DNA of 64,000 nt from Antedon mediterranea (Eukaryota; Animalia; Echinodermata), in NCBI RefSeq assembly GCF_964355755.1, contig NC_092677.1, positions 456,101 through 520,100 of the forward strand, read 5' to 3'. Position numbers and translations under genes: made by a program. Below, in pieces: positions 36,604 through 50,228 of this stretch. Positions within the stretch are counted from its first letter, which is position 1. The number at the start of each line of letters is the position of its first letter. Under the pieces are notes generated by a model. The model searched no databases. It saw nothing but the letters and a program-made list of their open reading frames with translations, and had not been told where the DNA came from.

Positions 36604-38609
36604 ATGGCTGTCGTGTTTGCACACTTAGTAATATGTGTCGTGTGCATATTAACAGGTAGGTACTACTCATTTGTACCAGAATTGGACAGCTGGTATTTAA
36701 GTTGTTTGACTGACTAACCAATCTAACTTTGTATTATTGATTTGATTATGTACAGTAGAATAACCATTGTAGTTATTATCTAATTTCAGATCTTACAGCG
36801 TGTTCAGAAGTATCACGTAATTGTAAGTAAACACATTAATATCCTATTTTAATTTTTTTCTATATTGCATTTATCCTATGCGATATTAGATAATTAAGTA
36901 TTGCATTTGTTATTTTATAGAATCGTAATATATTTTTGTTTCCAGATAACAGGACAGTTATTGAAATAAATGATAGTATTGTAAATGAAGGAGAACAAGT
37001 TGAGATAACGTGTAAGACCGAAACAAATAAAACAGTGGAAGATGTCACATGGTACCATGGTAACAAGATCATTAACGTGGATGATCCGCGTTTATCACAA
37101 AACGATGACGTCACAACATTGATGATCAATGAGGTTGATAGGAAAGATGCTGGTAACTACAGTTGCCAGACGGTAATTAACAAAACAAGAACGACTTCTT
37201 GGAACTTTGGCTCGCTAAAAGTTAACTGTAGTGAAGTGGAAAGAAATTTATAAAAAAGAAAAGCGAGTTTAAAATACGCTTGCGTTGCGTCTCTAGTGTG
37301 AACCAAGCCTAAATTAATTTCTATTACTGTTTGAATTATTATTTAATATTACAGATATTGAATTTGTGACAACAGAGTTTGACAACGACCATGTAATATG
37401 CGAGGTGATTAGTTATCCTAATCCAGCCACTGTCAGAGTAGTTGTGAACTCAAACAAGTTAAAGTCTGCAGACAACAAGGTAGAGTTTACACTAACAGAA
37501 CATGATTCTAGGTATAACGTGTCGTGTGAAGCAACCACACTCAGCGGACAAGTTGTTGTTCACAGTTTTGAAAACGAAGGTAATATATACGTAATATGTT
37601 TATTTAAACTATATTTATCTTTATTTTGTTATCAATTGGATCATACCGCAGAATGTCGATACAATTTTCAACAGCAAAGTATCAATATACAACGTTCGTT
37701 GTGATTATGACATCATGTTCCGAATTTGTGTATTTTCAGTTAATTGTATGTTGTAAAACGTTAATTGAATATGATATTTATTCAAATTTTTAAAATAAAA
37801 TTGTTTTAAAACTTATGAATAATACAGTGTTCTCATTCTTGTTTCGTTAGATCACAACGAAGATCGTAAGTATTTATTATTGTTCATATAATTTGAAATC
37901 ATTTGAAAAACATATACTTACTTTAATTATAAACAAATAATGAGTGATTCACTGGTGTACCGCACAACATATAGGCCAACTGTATTCAACTTTTCCATGG
38001 AAAAGTAGACTATTATAATATTCCTCCAATTAAACTTATTATTTAACATAGAGAAACAAAATCTCACCATGTAAAATGAAATTTACTCTTTTCAGCGGCT
38101 TTATCTCCAATGGTAGTCATTGGTCTAATATTAGGAGTAGGATCAGTCGTGCTATTCATTATACTTACGGTTTTTGTTTGTAAAAAAGGTAAATGTTTAG
38201 TTTAATTTAATGTTGTTGCAAAAGAATTTTATTTGTGGTATGGAGAAGGAGACTATTTTAACATTATCAAGGTGACTAATATTACGATGATTAATGACGA
38301 TGATAATGATTCAGATTGAAATAATGACGAAAAAATGTACATTATTTATAAACATATTTAACCATTTATGCTTCTATATGATGTGTTTCATGATCATGAT
38401 TGTTATTATTATAGTTAAAAAGAGAAGACAAAAGAACACAGAAGTAAAAAAGTAAGTTCTACATAATTATGTATTTTAATAAAGCTCTGATTATGTTTTT
38501 AAACTAGTTATACAAAAACTTATTTTTGTTTTTTAGAAACGATGATGGAAGGGTGTCCTATAAAGCAGTTCATAGTGAAGACAATGAAGAGATATCTATT
38601 AACACTTAA
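36604..38609 (+). CDS. IgSF receptor 4: signal, microexon, 2 Ig domains, TM, ITIM-bearing tail; exons 36604-36655, 36790-36822, 36946-37227, 37355-37579, 37851-37865, 38096-38188, 38415-38451, 38537-38609
   Basis: Phases are consistent; DAGNYSC; TM MVVIGLILGVGSVVLFIILTVFVC-KK; tail VKKRRQKNTEVKKNDDGRVSYKAVHSEDNEEISINT*. Confidence 0.82.
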
Positions 38610-39420
38610 ATTGTATCACATTGTTGTTGATTCAGTAGTATTTTAAGATACTGACCAAAACTGTTTAGTATCACCACGAATCTTATACCGTACGCCGCGT
38701 GGATTATGACGACGTTGCGTACACGTGAATTTGTCGACTTTGTATGTGGCTTTTAATTCAATATTATATTAGGATAACCAAAACAGTAGCTGTCACATGC
38801 CTACAGTCATGATGTTAAATAAAATATAACTTAATATTAAATATATATAAAATATTAACTTAAATATAGTTTGTTGTGTAGAGCTTAGTTTGAGTTGACA
38901 CGATACAAAAATAAAATAGTAGTACATTAATGTTCTTGTATAACATATTAAGTTAAATATATACAAATTTAAAACGATCTTTATCATGTCATGCTGCAGA
39001 CATTTTAAATAAGTATTATATATAGGCCTGTAGTTGTTTAGTATTTACATTTCGATTTGTGTATAGGTCCTAAATGGATTAAAGTTAAATAATTCAATAT
39101 TACAAATAACCTCTGACGACTGATTAACAATGATTGGTTCTAAGCCTATATAATCACATAAGAGTGTCATAATTCATACCATATAGTAACAAAAACGAAA
39201 TAAAACACAATGCGGATGTATCACCAACAACGGAACAAATATTAGTCAGTCAACATGTCTCTTCATCGTAGGCACCATAAAACAACTATAAAGCAATAAC
39301 TGTACAAAGTCCTGTACTCAGATGACTACATAGTGTCTTCAACAACAATGCACTCAAAACAGTACTCATAAACGTCGCTTTGAAAACTGAATGAAACTTT
39401 TACTTTACTTTAAACTAGAG

Positions 39421-42400
39421 ATGTGTAAGATTAATGCTGGAATATATTTCTTTTTGACAACAACTGTGGTTGGTAAGTTTGTTATTTTGAATAACTTTTA
39501 AGGAACAATTATAATTGTGTTTGAACAGGTCTGTCTTGATTAGTTTACCTTTGTAATACCATTCATTCGTAGCATCCAACTCGAATGTTGGTATGTACTA
39601 AGAAAAGGTCGTTCGTTTTTAATTGTCATTTCATCACCACCAGGGCCTAAGTTCATACTCACTGGCTTTATCTAGATTAAGCTTGATCTAGATTGTTTCA
39701 ACAACATTTTAAAACAACAACAGAAACAGCAATCAAATCTTCCAGAATTAACAAGAAATTGTTGTACATGATAAAACAAGCATTTTACGAAGATTGTTGC
39801 GAATAATTCCTTTTCTTCGTAAACTTAGGTTGCTTGAGTCAACTACAACTAACAATACCTCAATCTCAAAGTTTTGTTGCTGGTGAAGATGCAGTGTTTT
39901 CCTGTAGGTACAGCCCGTCAGATGCCACTAGTGTTGACGTCACATGGTTTAAAGGTGATCTGTTTAACAATGAAGAAAGTTTGATTACGAGAAGCATCGT
40001 AATTAATACACGCGCGTCTCTGGTTGCTGTGGGAAACGGTGAAGCTAGCATGCGCTTGTCTTCGTATTCACGTACCGATGAGGGTGTGTATACTTGCGAG
40101 ATTTATGGCAACGTGGCCGGTGCACCTGATAGCAAAAAGAAATCAACAACGATTAGTACAAGAGGTGAGTGTTGCTACAACTTAATGATAGTCATGCTTA
40201 AGATCATGCTTAATTCCATGTTTGTTCTTCATGGTCATTTGCATGCTTATATGGATACAATATGAAGATGAGTGAAGTGAAAGATATATACACTAAAAGA
40301 ACATTTCAGATATTGAACCTATAATCATGGTGGAGAGTGAGGGGAAAGGAAAAATAGATTGAAGATTATGTTCTATAATATTTTATTTTAAAATTACTGT
40401 ATTTGTTTAAAAATAGAAAATGATAAACCTGTCTTAGAAATTGTCTCTGATGACTTGACTGAAGGTGGATCAGCTACACTCACATGTGTGACGAATTCGT
40501 ATAGCGATAAGACCACGTGGTATCGTGCGGATCAATTGGTGTCCATTGGTGAAAGATATCAAGCCGCTGATTCTGTATTAAACATCACTGTACTGACAAA
40601 CGTAGACCACGCTTGGTACAAATGTCAAGTTGAAAGAGAGGCTGACACGTTTGAAAGTGATGCTAAAATGCTGTCTGTTAAGTGTATGTTATATAATTTG
40701 CTTTGTTTTTTTTTTATATTTTACCTGAATTATTTTATCTAATAAAAGAAATTAAAAGAATTAAAAGATCAGAATCAACTCCCACATTTATAATAATTTA
40801 TAATAATAATATTTATATATAATATATTTATAATATATATATTTTTATTATATTTTCCTCAAAAAAATGTATATAAATGAATTAAGGAGGTAAGACAAAG
40901 AGGAACAAGTTCCTATTACCTAAAAGGTTTCAACAACAAAACAATTAAAGAGTATAAAAAAATGAGAGAGTAGACAATTATGTTGGGAGACTTCAAATAG
41001 TTTAATTCTATAATATTATTACTAATTATTGATGAGAGTGATGAGTTCATTTATTTTTTGTAAAACCGTGTCAAGACAGTTTCATCAAGCTGTTAGCTAA
41101 ACTTCGACAGTTGCGTTAAGATGCCGATTGGGCTCCTTCCAGCCACTGGATGGTTTGATGTGTAGTCTAGGAGACCAGCCGTTATTGCTTATGTTTATTG
41201 TTTATATTTTTCTTTTAGATACACCAATCCCAAAACTGATATTTAATCAGAACATGGTTGCATGTTCAGGGGAAGACTCATTCCCCCTACCGATGTCATA
41301 CACGATATATTTTGATGGGATACAACAAAAACTGACCAATGAAAATGAGGCAATGTTAAATAATGATTGTGTCAATATCACGTGTTTTGTTGAAAACACT
41401 GTAGGAACCGGAAGTGACACAGAACTTTGTCCTAAAGGTAAATATTACCATTAATGCACATTTCACACCAAGAAGTGACATCACCCTTGTTTGGTTTGTA
41501 CTTTAAAAAGTCATATTTCATTTCTGCCATACCATCACGATATTAAAAACTATAAAAATCCTCACTATAATCTTTTAGTAACAATGATTATAATGTACAC
41601 AACTGCAATGATTTTTTGTAAATTTCACATTGACATTTTTCCGTTATACGGGTAAATTGCTGGTTATATATGTTATATATGTTATAAGAAACATATCATG
41701 TATTATAGATAAATATTGATTATCATTCCGACTCATTAATGTTGAATGTTATTATGTTTTTTCTCAGACATTGTTTACCCAGAAAAACAAACAGGTAAGT
41801 TGTTGTTATTGGTGCTTACTCATCATCGGCGTCGTCTACCACCATCATACTACAACCAAAATCTCCAAAATTATCTATGTACAGTTAGGCTGTCAGGAGG
41901 AAAATGGCAAAAGGCTTCCTACTTTCTAGGATTTTTATCAGATAATCTATATTGTTTTGAGAACTCTTGCAACATGACCACAGTGCTGATTTTGCCATTT
42001 GTCCCCTTACTGTAGATTTACTTTCTATATGATTGGGTTCAAAGGTCATATTCATTATTATATTTGATCTTCACTTGTAGGACTACAAGGGGGTGCTGTT
42101 GCCGGTATCACCGTTGGTGTATTGTTATTCTGTAGATTTACTTTCTATATGATTGGGTTCAAAGGTCATTATTATATTTGATCTTCACTTGTAGGACTAC
42201 AAGGGGGTGCTGTTGCCGGTATCACCGTTGGTGTATTGTTATTCTGTAGATTTACTTTCTATATGATTGGGTTCAAAGGTCATTATTATATTTGATCTTC
42301 ACTTGTAGGACTACAAGGGGGTGCTGTTGCCGGTATCACCGTTGGTGTATTGTTATTCTGTAGATTTACTTTCTATATGATTGGGTTCAAAGGTCATTAT

Positions 42401-43151
42401 TATATTTGATCTTCACTTGTAGGACTACAAGGGGGTGCTGTTGCCGGTATCACCGTTGGTGTATTGTTATTCTGTGTTGTTGTTGTTGTAGGAGTTGTTG
42501 TTATCGTAGTTTTAAAAGGTAAACAAATTACTAATTGATTATGATTTCGACAGCAATGTTTGTGGAATGAACTATACAAAATACATTAACATTAATTCTG
42601 TATCCAGTGCAACAATTACTTATCTTCATAAAATAATGTATATTTCCCATTATATTTAGGTTTTATTTATAGGCCTATTAATTAACTTTATTTCTTTTAA
42701 TATGTATACATTTACCGTTTTTACCAAATGACTTGACTTTCTTGTTGTAGGTATGTGTTTCCTGCCAACATCTAAAAGTGGAACATTCTCTGTTAAAGAT
42801 ACGTGAGTATTGATTGAAAGTATTTAATAAATACTTTTTGTTTATAAACAAAACTGTCCTTTGTATTGTAGTTTATGTATATGTGACGTCATTTATTTCA
42901 TATGAGTACAACATAAAAAAATACTCCATAAAACTAATATACTATAATAATAGTCCTACTACTGTATTATTAATATTATTTAGAATACGTTGATAGCAGG
43001 TTTGGTTGTTAACTTTGATCATGATTTGTTGCTCTTTTTTTACAGCGGAGAGAATAAGTGTGAGTGGCCAGGTGGTTCAAATGATAGCGAGCAAGACAAG
43101 GGTACTGTCGAAGATGAAAGCTATGAAAATACCTCCTCAAACTGGATCTAG
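39421..43151 (+). CDS. IgSF receptor 5: signal, V, I, short 4-Cys domain, TM, tail ending YENTSSNWI*; exons 39421-39472, 39829-40164, 40417-40683, 41219-41437, 41768-41794, 42423-42518, 42751-42802, 43046-43151
   Basis: DEGVYTC, DHAWYKC, DCVNITC..ELCP; TM GLQGGAVAGITVGVLLFCVVVVVGVVVIVVL; all junctions in phase. Confidence 0.87.
42010..42475 (+). repeat. 114-bp tandem repeat x4 spanning the intron end and 5' half of the TM exon
   Basis: Acceptor cacttgtag ends at 42080, 42194, 42308 and 42422, each followed by gactacaagggggtgctgttgccggt... Confidence 0.95.
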
Positions 43152-43159
43152 GGGAATCT

Positions 43160-43590
43160 AGACAATTTAAATGTCCGGAGCTTGGCGTTTTTATCTAAAC
43201 CTGTGGCGTCTAGATTTAAATGCCTGACGTTTGGCGTTTTTATCTAAACGTGTGGCGTCTGGATCTAAATGCCTGGCGTTTGGCGTTTTTATCTAAACGT
43301 GGGGCGTCTAGTATGTTTATTACTACAATAATGCTGTTTTATTTCTTTACTGTATTTTTATATTCTTACTTTAATTTATTTGCTAAAATTAATAATCATT
43401 TGTTTAGTTTTCTTAATATATAATTAATTTTAGTGCCTAGTTTAGGTCTGGCTGCACACACATTATGTTAATCTAGTGCCATGGCGTTGCCTAGTTTAGG
43501 TCTGGCTGCACACATTATGTTAATCTAGTGCCTGGCGTTGCCTAGTTTAGGTCTGGCTGCACACATTATGTTAATCTAGTGCCTAGTGTG
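43160..43590. repeat. Two short tandem arrays in the 3' region of receptor 5 (~43-bp ttggcgtttttatctaaac unit; ~52-bp gcctagtttaggtctggctgcacac unit)
   Basis: Three copies of each are visible at 43160-43310 and 43432-43586. Confidence 0.85.
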
Positions 43591-44959
43591 TAGTTCACTG
43601 TTCTACGATTTTCTTGTCTTCCTTTGTTCTATTTTATTTTGCTCATTCCGCTCTGTTGTGGTGAGTATGCAGGAAAGCACTTGTTTGTAACATATTTTAT
43701 ATTAAATGTTGGATTTACGGAATATAGGGAAGTAGTTCATTTCATCATGTTTTCTATCTTATTAATTATAACTAAGCCACGTATACCTTTTCAAATGCAT
43801 TCGTTAAAATAAATAGTCTGACTTTAAATGAATTACGACTGAATACAAATGACGTCTGGATATAAAATGACGTCTCAGGCACATTTTTATTGGATTAATT
43901 ATAATTTAAATAAAAGTATTTCGCAATCTAACATTTTTGAGGAAAAAACTGATGACGGAGACTTGCATTAACTATACAGTAAATTACATTTTATAACGGT
44001 CACCTAGAGTACGTATACTGCAGAGAACCGCGTCTATTAATTATGTCGGGCGATGTTAGGATCAAGAAAACTATTTAGTAAAACATGGAGGTATATTTTT
44101 ATACCTCCATGAGTAAAATAACCAAAATATAAAAGAAAAATACCGTTGCAGAATATGGGAATCTGTGAATACCAATTACAATTCAAATTCATTTTGGTGT
44201 GGTGTTTTATTGAGTAGCCTATGCTAATCAACTATATAGGCGTTAATTGCTTAACTGTACATTACTAGAATCATTGAGCTGTATAGCTCCATGTGTTAGA
44301 ACGCTGCGTATAGTCTGAGACGCTGCGTATACGCTGAGACGCACAAACAAAACATTTGACCAATCACACATTACGACGGATCTTCCGAACTCTCGCTTGT
44401 GATTGGTTAAATTATTTGCGACGCCTCCCAGTCAGAACCGCCAAATTGGCAGAACATATTTGCAGTGCAGATACCTAATAATATTGTTATACTCACAATA
44501 TAACTATGCCCTGCATAATATTATAGCATGTAACACTGTAAATTACATACAACAAATCAGGGAAGAGTTAAATTACTCTTCTCTGACACAATAAATGCCT
44601 ATTTGAAAGTGATAATTAATAAAATAATTTATTTATGAGCAATTCTGCTGATTTTATCGATAGTTACTAATTAAATAAACATTTATATTTAAATAATGTA
44701 ATATATATGGAATTTCAAATGTTTAAATACGACACGATTTGGTTGTTTATTGTTTGTTTAGTTTGAGTTCGTGAACTAAAGTTAATGACTAACTATATCT
44801 TATCTTGATTGTAAACGGCCGGCCATTTAGTAACAGACCGTGGAGTTGGCGGGGAGAGTTTCATTCGTGGTCTCGCATCGTTTCTGTTTTACGTGACTAT
44901 TCATGAAATCTTAATTTTTAAAAAAAGTATTGTTAATATCGAAGTATTCCGTCAACGCC

Positions 44960-47900
44960 ATGGACATGTTATATTCCAGTTTGTTAATTATGCTTATAGG
45001 TAAGTACGACTAATATTATTTAATACATTGTAAGGCGTGGCTATACGTGTATTGCACGATACCATTAGTTTGTGTAGATATTAGGTTTGAATTACGTGTG
45101 AATAACCTGTTATTACTGAACTTTGGTCACAGACGCTTCTACATGTTAAACATTGGTCAGCCATTCAAATACACAGTATATTTCTATTACTGACTATGAT
45201 GTATACAGTCTATATGAATTTATAATGTTTGTAAGAAATAGATTAAACTAGAGAGTTAATTCATTACATGGCCTATTTGTCACTAGATATGTAGGCATTA
45301 AAAGTAATATTTAGTTCATATTCATTAAATATTATCAAACGTAACACTACCGGTAATATAATATGTATTTTCATTATGTTAGTTAATATAGTAGGTAATG
45401 ACGAAATAGCGCAATAAAGCACATTATTTCGGTAATCTTACTTTATTTGCATAGGCCCCCTAAAGACAAAGTTCTAATTGGATTGTGGTTCTGTCTCGGT
45501 CTTCGTTTCTAGAAACCTTTTCCTCCATCACAATACTAATACACAATACGTTTAATTATTGTGGTTTTGCTATTTGCCTAATTTCAGCTTGATTGCTTTC
45601 ATTTTTATACATAGGCTTCCTACACTTGGATAGATATACTATATTTTAATTTCTGTTAATAAGTACTACTGTTTTCTATAGGCCTGACATGCATCACATT
45701 TGAATTAAAGATTTTATCACTATATTTTGAATCATGTTTTTTTAACCATAGTCCCTATGGCTGTTGCACTAGAGGTCACAATAAGTGATGTGCAAGGATT
45801 TCCCGAGAATTCAGACGCGTTACTAGCTTGCGACTACGCACCAACTAGTGCAACGGGGGTTGATATCTCGTGGACACGAGTTAATGCTCAAAGCGAAATT
45901 ACTAATTTAGTAGTACGAAGTGAAGTGGTTGATGAATTCAAATCACGTATGGAGCTCCAGGTTGCTGATACTTTCCAGGGTAACGCTGGTTTAATAATTC
46001 GTAATGTCACTAAAGAGGATGCTATGTCTTACGTGTGTGCAGTATTCTCTACTAGTGATGGTCAAGAACAAGGAATAACTACTCTACAGATACAATGTAA
46101 GTATTGATCTTTTTGTTTTTCTCTTTCTATCATGCTTGCTACTTAATGGTATCTCTAAAACAGGACATGCTCCCGATTGAAAAAAAAAATCAATTCCTTG
46201 ATCATAACTTTCATAAATTTAAAAGGTCATATTTGACCTATACACTCAGCAAGACGTGCCCGCATATAAAAAAGAAATAACTATTATTTAAATACTTATG
46301 CGATCTACAGATATAATTTACATTGTGTATGGCCTACATAATATCCAAGTCCAAACGAAAAGAAAGAAAGAAACGAAACGTGTAGGACTAATAGACCTTA
46401 GATGAATGCGGATATTTTTCTGAACCCACAGTGTTAGTCTACGTTTTATTGGGGAAGGATTTTGTAGGTACTTAGTACTATAATACAATATTGAATAAAT
46501 GTGAAATGTTAAGAATTCTACTGTTTTTTGTTTTTATTTTAGGGAATTACAAGCCAAAAATTACAAGTGATCCAGCTCCAGATTCTTTGCAAGTTGGTGA
46601 CAACGTAACATTTACGTGTTTATCTGAAGCCAACCCTACATCAGAAATAGCATGGCTAAAGAACAACGTTACCATTGAGATGGATGACAGATTCACAAAG
46701 AACGAGAATGCATCTACTCTTCACATAGATGGTTTAACTCGAGATGATCACGCACTCTTTAGTTGTAGTTCAACAAACCCCGTAAAAGAAATAAGGAGTG
46801 ATCAGATTGAAGTTGATATAGAATGTAAGTAGTATGCCTAATATTGGTAATAGAACACTTGTTTACTTTAATTATAATGATTAAGAAGACATTTAGATCA
46901 TAGGCTGGCCTAAAGTATACATTGTGCTGACCCGCACGGTATAGGCTAATCTACAAAAATATCCAAATGGCTGTAGACTAGTTTTTAAAAAGGCGATTCG
47001 ACTAAATATTGGTAAAAAGATAAATATTTTGGCACAGATGGTATTCCATACGTATATTACTTGCGCTATATAGATAAAACAAATTGTGAATTGGAAACTA
47101 TGAAACGCCGAGTGCCTTCATTGGAAAATAGAAGTTCAGAATTGTTGTTATGATTTATAATAGGTCTAAGTATAATTGTTTTTAATAGATGAGCCAGAGA
47201 TGTATTTAAACCAGACAGGCAACAAAGTTGAATGCACCAGTGAAGCGAATCCAGCAGTGTATCAGTACGAGTTTGAAGTAGACGGTAAAGTAGTGAGGAC
47301 AGACGACGCAGTGTACGAATTGAAAGGAACTGAATGTGTTAATATCACGTGTTTTGGTACTAACAAAATAGGAACAGGCAACGCATCGGATATCGCGTGT
47401 CCTTTGAGTAAGTATTCTGTTACTCATCCAGAAAAGCAAGAAATTTCTACTTACTGACTTTTATAGTTAAATCACCTTTTGACGTCGCTTTAAATTATGA
47501 AACAAAAACAGTACGCTTCTTTCACATATTTTAACATTATTCTATTTGCTTTATTTAACATGAATTTACAATGTGTCTATCTTGGTATAATTCTATACAA
47601 TACTATTGCTTTTTAGTTCATCAATGTTTTTTTTCATTTCAGTTATTCCATCCACACCGCAGCCTAGTACAGGTAAGAATCAACTAAACTGTCATTGGTG
47701 TGTTTAAACGCGTATCTGTACGCGCGCGTATGTTTTAAAATCTGAAATTTAAAACACCCTCTTGTTATATTACGTCTTTATATATTATAATATTACGTCA
47801 TTATAATTTATGATTCATATCTGCATCTATAGGTTTGTCTGGTGGCGCTGTCGCCGGCATTGTTATTGGTGTTCTAGCGTTAGTTGGCGCTGTTGTCGTT

Positions 47901-49434
47901 CTTGTCCTCATCCTCCTCGTATTCCGTAAGTACACAATTCTCTTCCACTAAGTTACTTTTCTAGTGGCCAATCACCCAAAATAAGTCGTTTTAGTATGGT
48001 TTAACTAATTATATACTTATCGAATTCTTATTTTTGTTTTGGAGCAATGAAATTAAAACAGTCGCGCTACTGCAAAATCATCAGCGTATAATTACAGGGT
48101 GGTTATCTGTGGCAAAGAAAACTTTTTTAGTATTTAGTAACCTAACAGACAACCTAAACAAATGAGTAATTCTCGTATTTTTATACGTCGTTATCAGGTA
48201 AAAGTGGAGTGTATGGAGAATCCAAAGATTCAAAATGGTGAGTGTCTAAATTACTATTATCATCATTATTATCATTCCGGTATATATAATATTCAGAATA
48301 TTATAGGTAAATTCTCCCAGTATCTCCAAGTGTACGTATAGGCCTACTATGAAGAACAATACAGAACTATGGTTTGGGGTTAGGGTCAGGATATCAATCC
48401 CAATAAGAGAATGCTTCCAATACTATACTTAAGCCTAAATCGTGGTTTCCACAAGAGACGCACGCAAGCGAGTTGATCAATCACAAGCGACAGTTCGAAT
48501 AATATATCTATCGCTTGTGATTGGTCAAATCATTTACGTTGCGAACCAATCATTATTATTATTGTCACAATTAAACATAAAAAATAAAATCTAATGTAAA
48601 AACAGTTTTTAAAAACAGATTGAAACAAGTTATAAACTTGCAGTGGCCAAGCACATAACATGTTTTGTTTATGTTGTTACAGGAACTATGCAGAAGAAGA
48701 TGAAAAGATGGAGACTAAAAAGAAGGAAGAAAGCAAGCCAGCAACAGGTTCAGGAGGCACAGATACAGGTAGGGACAACTACTTATTGGTTGCTAGGCAC
48801 AGATACAGGTAGGGACAACTACTTATTGGTTGCTAGGCACAGATACAGGTAGGGACAACTACTTATTGGTTGCTAGGCACAGATACAGGTAGGGACAACT
48901 ACTTATTGGTTGCTAGGCACAGATACAGGTAGGGACAACTACTTATTGATTGCTAGGCACAGATACAGGTATGGACAACTACTTATTGGTTGCTAGGCAC
49001 AGATACAGGTAGGGACAACTACTTATTGATTGCTAGTCGATCAATCGACTTGATACATTGATCTATTCATCCGATCAATAATCTTGGTTCCCACTTGGAC
49101 GCAACGCAACGACGTAGGCACAACGCAAGTGAGTTGACCAATCACAAGAAGTTTCAATGATCCACCGCATCGTGATTAGTCAAATTACTTATGGGGCGCG
49201 CCCATGCGTCGTGTGAACAGAGATTTAAGATTAAACCAATACCTTGCGACCGAAATTACCCTGTTAGACCTAAAACTGCAGAACTACAAAGTACTAAAGA
49301 CATGTTTTTTTTTTTTAATGTTAGGTACGGCGTCAGAAAAAAAGGGCAGCAGCGAAGAAGAGAAGGGGAAGGATCACAGGTATGATGAACCACCGACAGA
49401 GGCAAAGGAAGCGAACGAAAAGGATTGGGTGTGA
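44960..49434 (+). CDS. IgSF receptor 6: signal, V, I, short 4-Cys domain, TM, charged tail ending EKDWV*; exons 44960-44999, 45752-46096, 46543-46824, 47189-47407, 47643-47672, 47833-47925, 48198-48237, 48683-48768, 49325-49434
   Basis: DAMSYVC, DHALFSC, ECVNITC..IACP; TM GLSGGAVAGIVIGVLALVGAVVVLVLILLVF-RKSGVY; all junctions in phase. Confidence 0.88.
48755..49036 (+). repeat. 40-bp tandem repeat x7 containing the exon/intron donor junction
   Basis: aggcacagatacag|gtagggacaactacttattggttgct, with donors after 48768, 48808, 48848, 48888, 48928, 48968 and 49008. Confidence 0.95.
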
Positions 49435-49525
49435 CCATGGCAACATAATACGCGTGACCGCCGACAGAGGCAAAGGAAGCGAACGAAAAGGATTGGTTGT
49501 GACCATGGTAACATAATACGCGTGA
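49390..49525 (+). repeat. Tandem duplication (~68 bp) of the last codons and stop of receptor 6
   Basis: ccgacagaggcaaaggaagcgaacgaaaaggattgg(g/t)tgtgaccatgg occurs twice. Confidence 0.9.
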
Positions 49526-49867
49526 AACTTTGCATAATTTACGCAAAAGAAGAGACAAACCAAATTCAATTAAATACTATAAAAGATAATAAAGTTAGAT
49601 TAATAACTATAATTGTTAGTTTTCCTTTTTAGTTTTGTTAATATTATTAAGTAGTATTTTAGGCCTAGATTTTTACAAATTTTAATGACACATAATTTGT
49701 ACCTGATTTGTATAGATTTAGCATTTGTACATCAATGATAAATTTAATTGTTTTTTAAATCTTGTTAAAAATAAATCGTCTTTATACAAATATTGTGCGT
49801 ATACCTTTTGACAATTGTTCTATAGGACCTACAGGCACATAGGCCGATAAAAAAAACGATTGTAACT

Positions 49868-50228
49868 TGACACTCGGGTGACGCTCGGAATTGAATTGCA
49901 ATAAACATGACTCTCGGGTGACGCTCGGAATTGAATTGCAATAAACATGACACTCGGGTGACTCTCGGAATTGAATTACAATAAACATGACACTCGGGTG
50001 ACGCTCGGAATTGAATTGCAATAAACATGACTCTCGGGTGACGCTCGGAATTGAATTGCAATAAACATGACACTCGGGTGACGCTCGGAATTGAATTGCA
50101 ATAAACCTGACACTCGGGTGACGCTCGGAATTGAATTACAATAAACATGATACTCGGGTGACGCTCGGAATTGAATTACAATAAACATGATACTCGGGTG
50201 ACGTTCGGAATTGAATTGCAATAAACAT
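49868..50228. repeat. 40-bp minisatellite x9
   Basis: tgacactcgggtgacgctcggaattgaattgcaataaaca repeated. Confidence 0.95.

Noticed and set aside
48755-50228. CRISPR-like regular 40-bp repeats
   Set aside because: Head-to-tail repeats without unique spacers, eukaryotic context, no cas genes.
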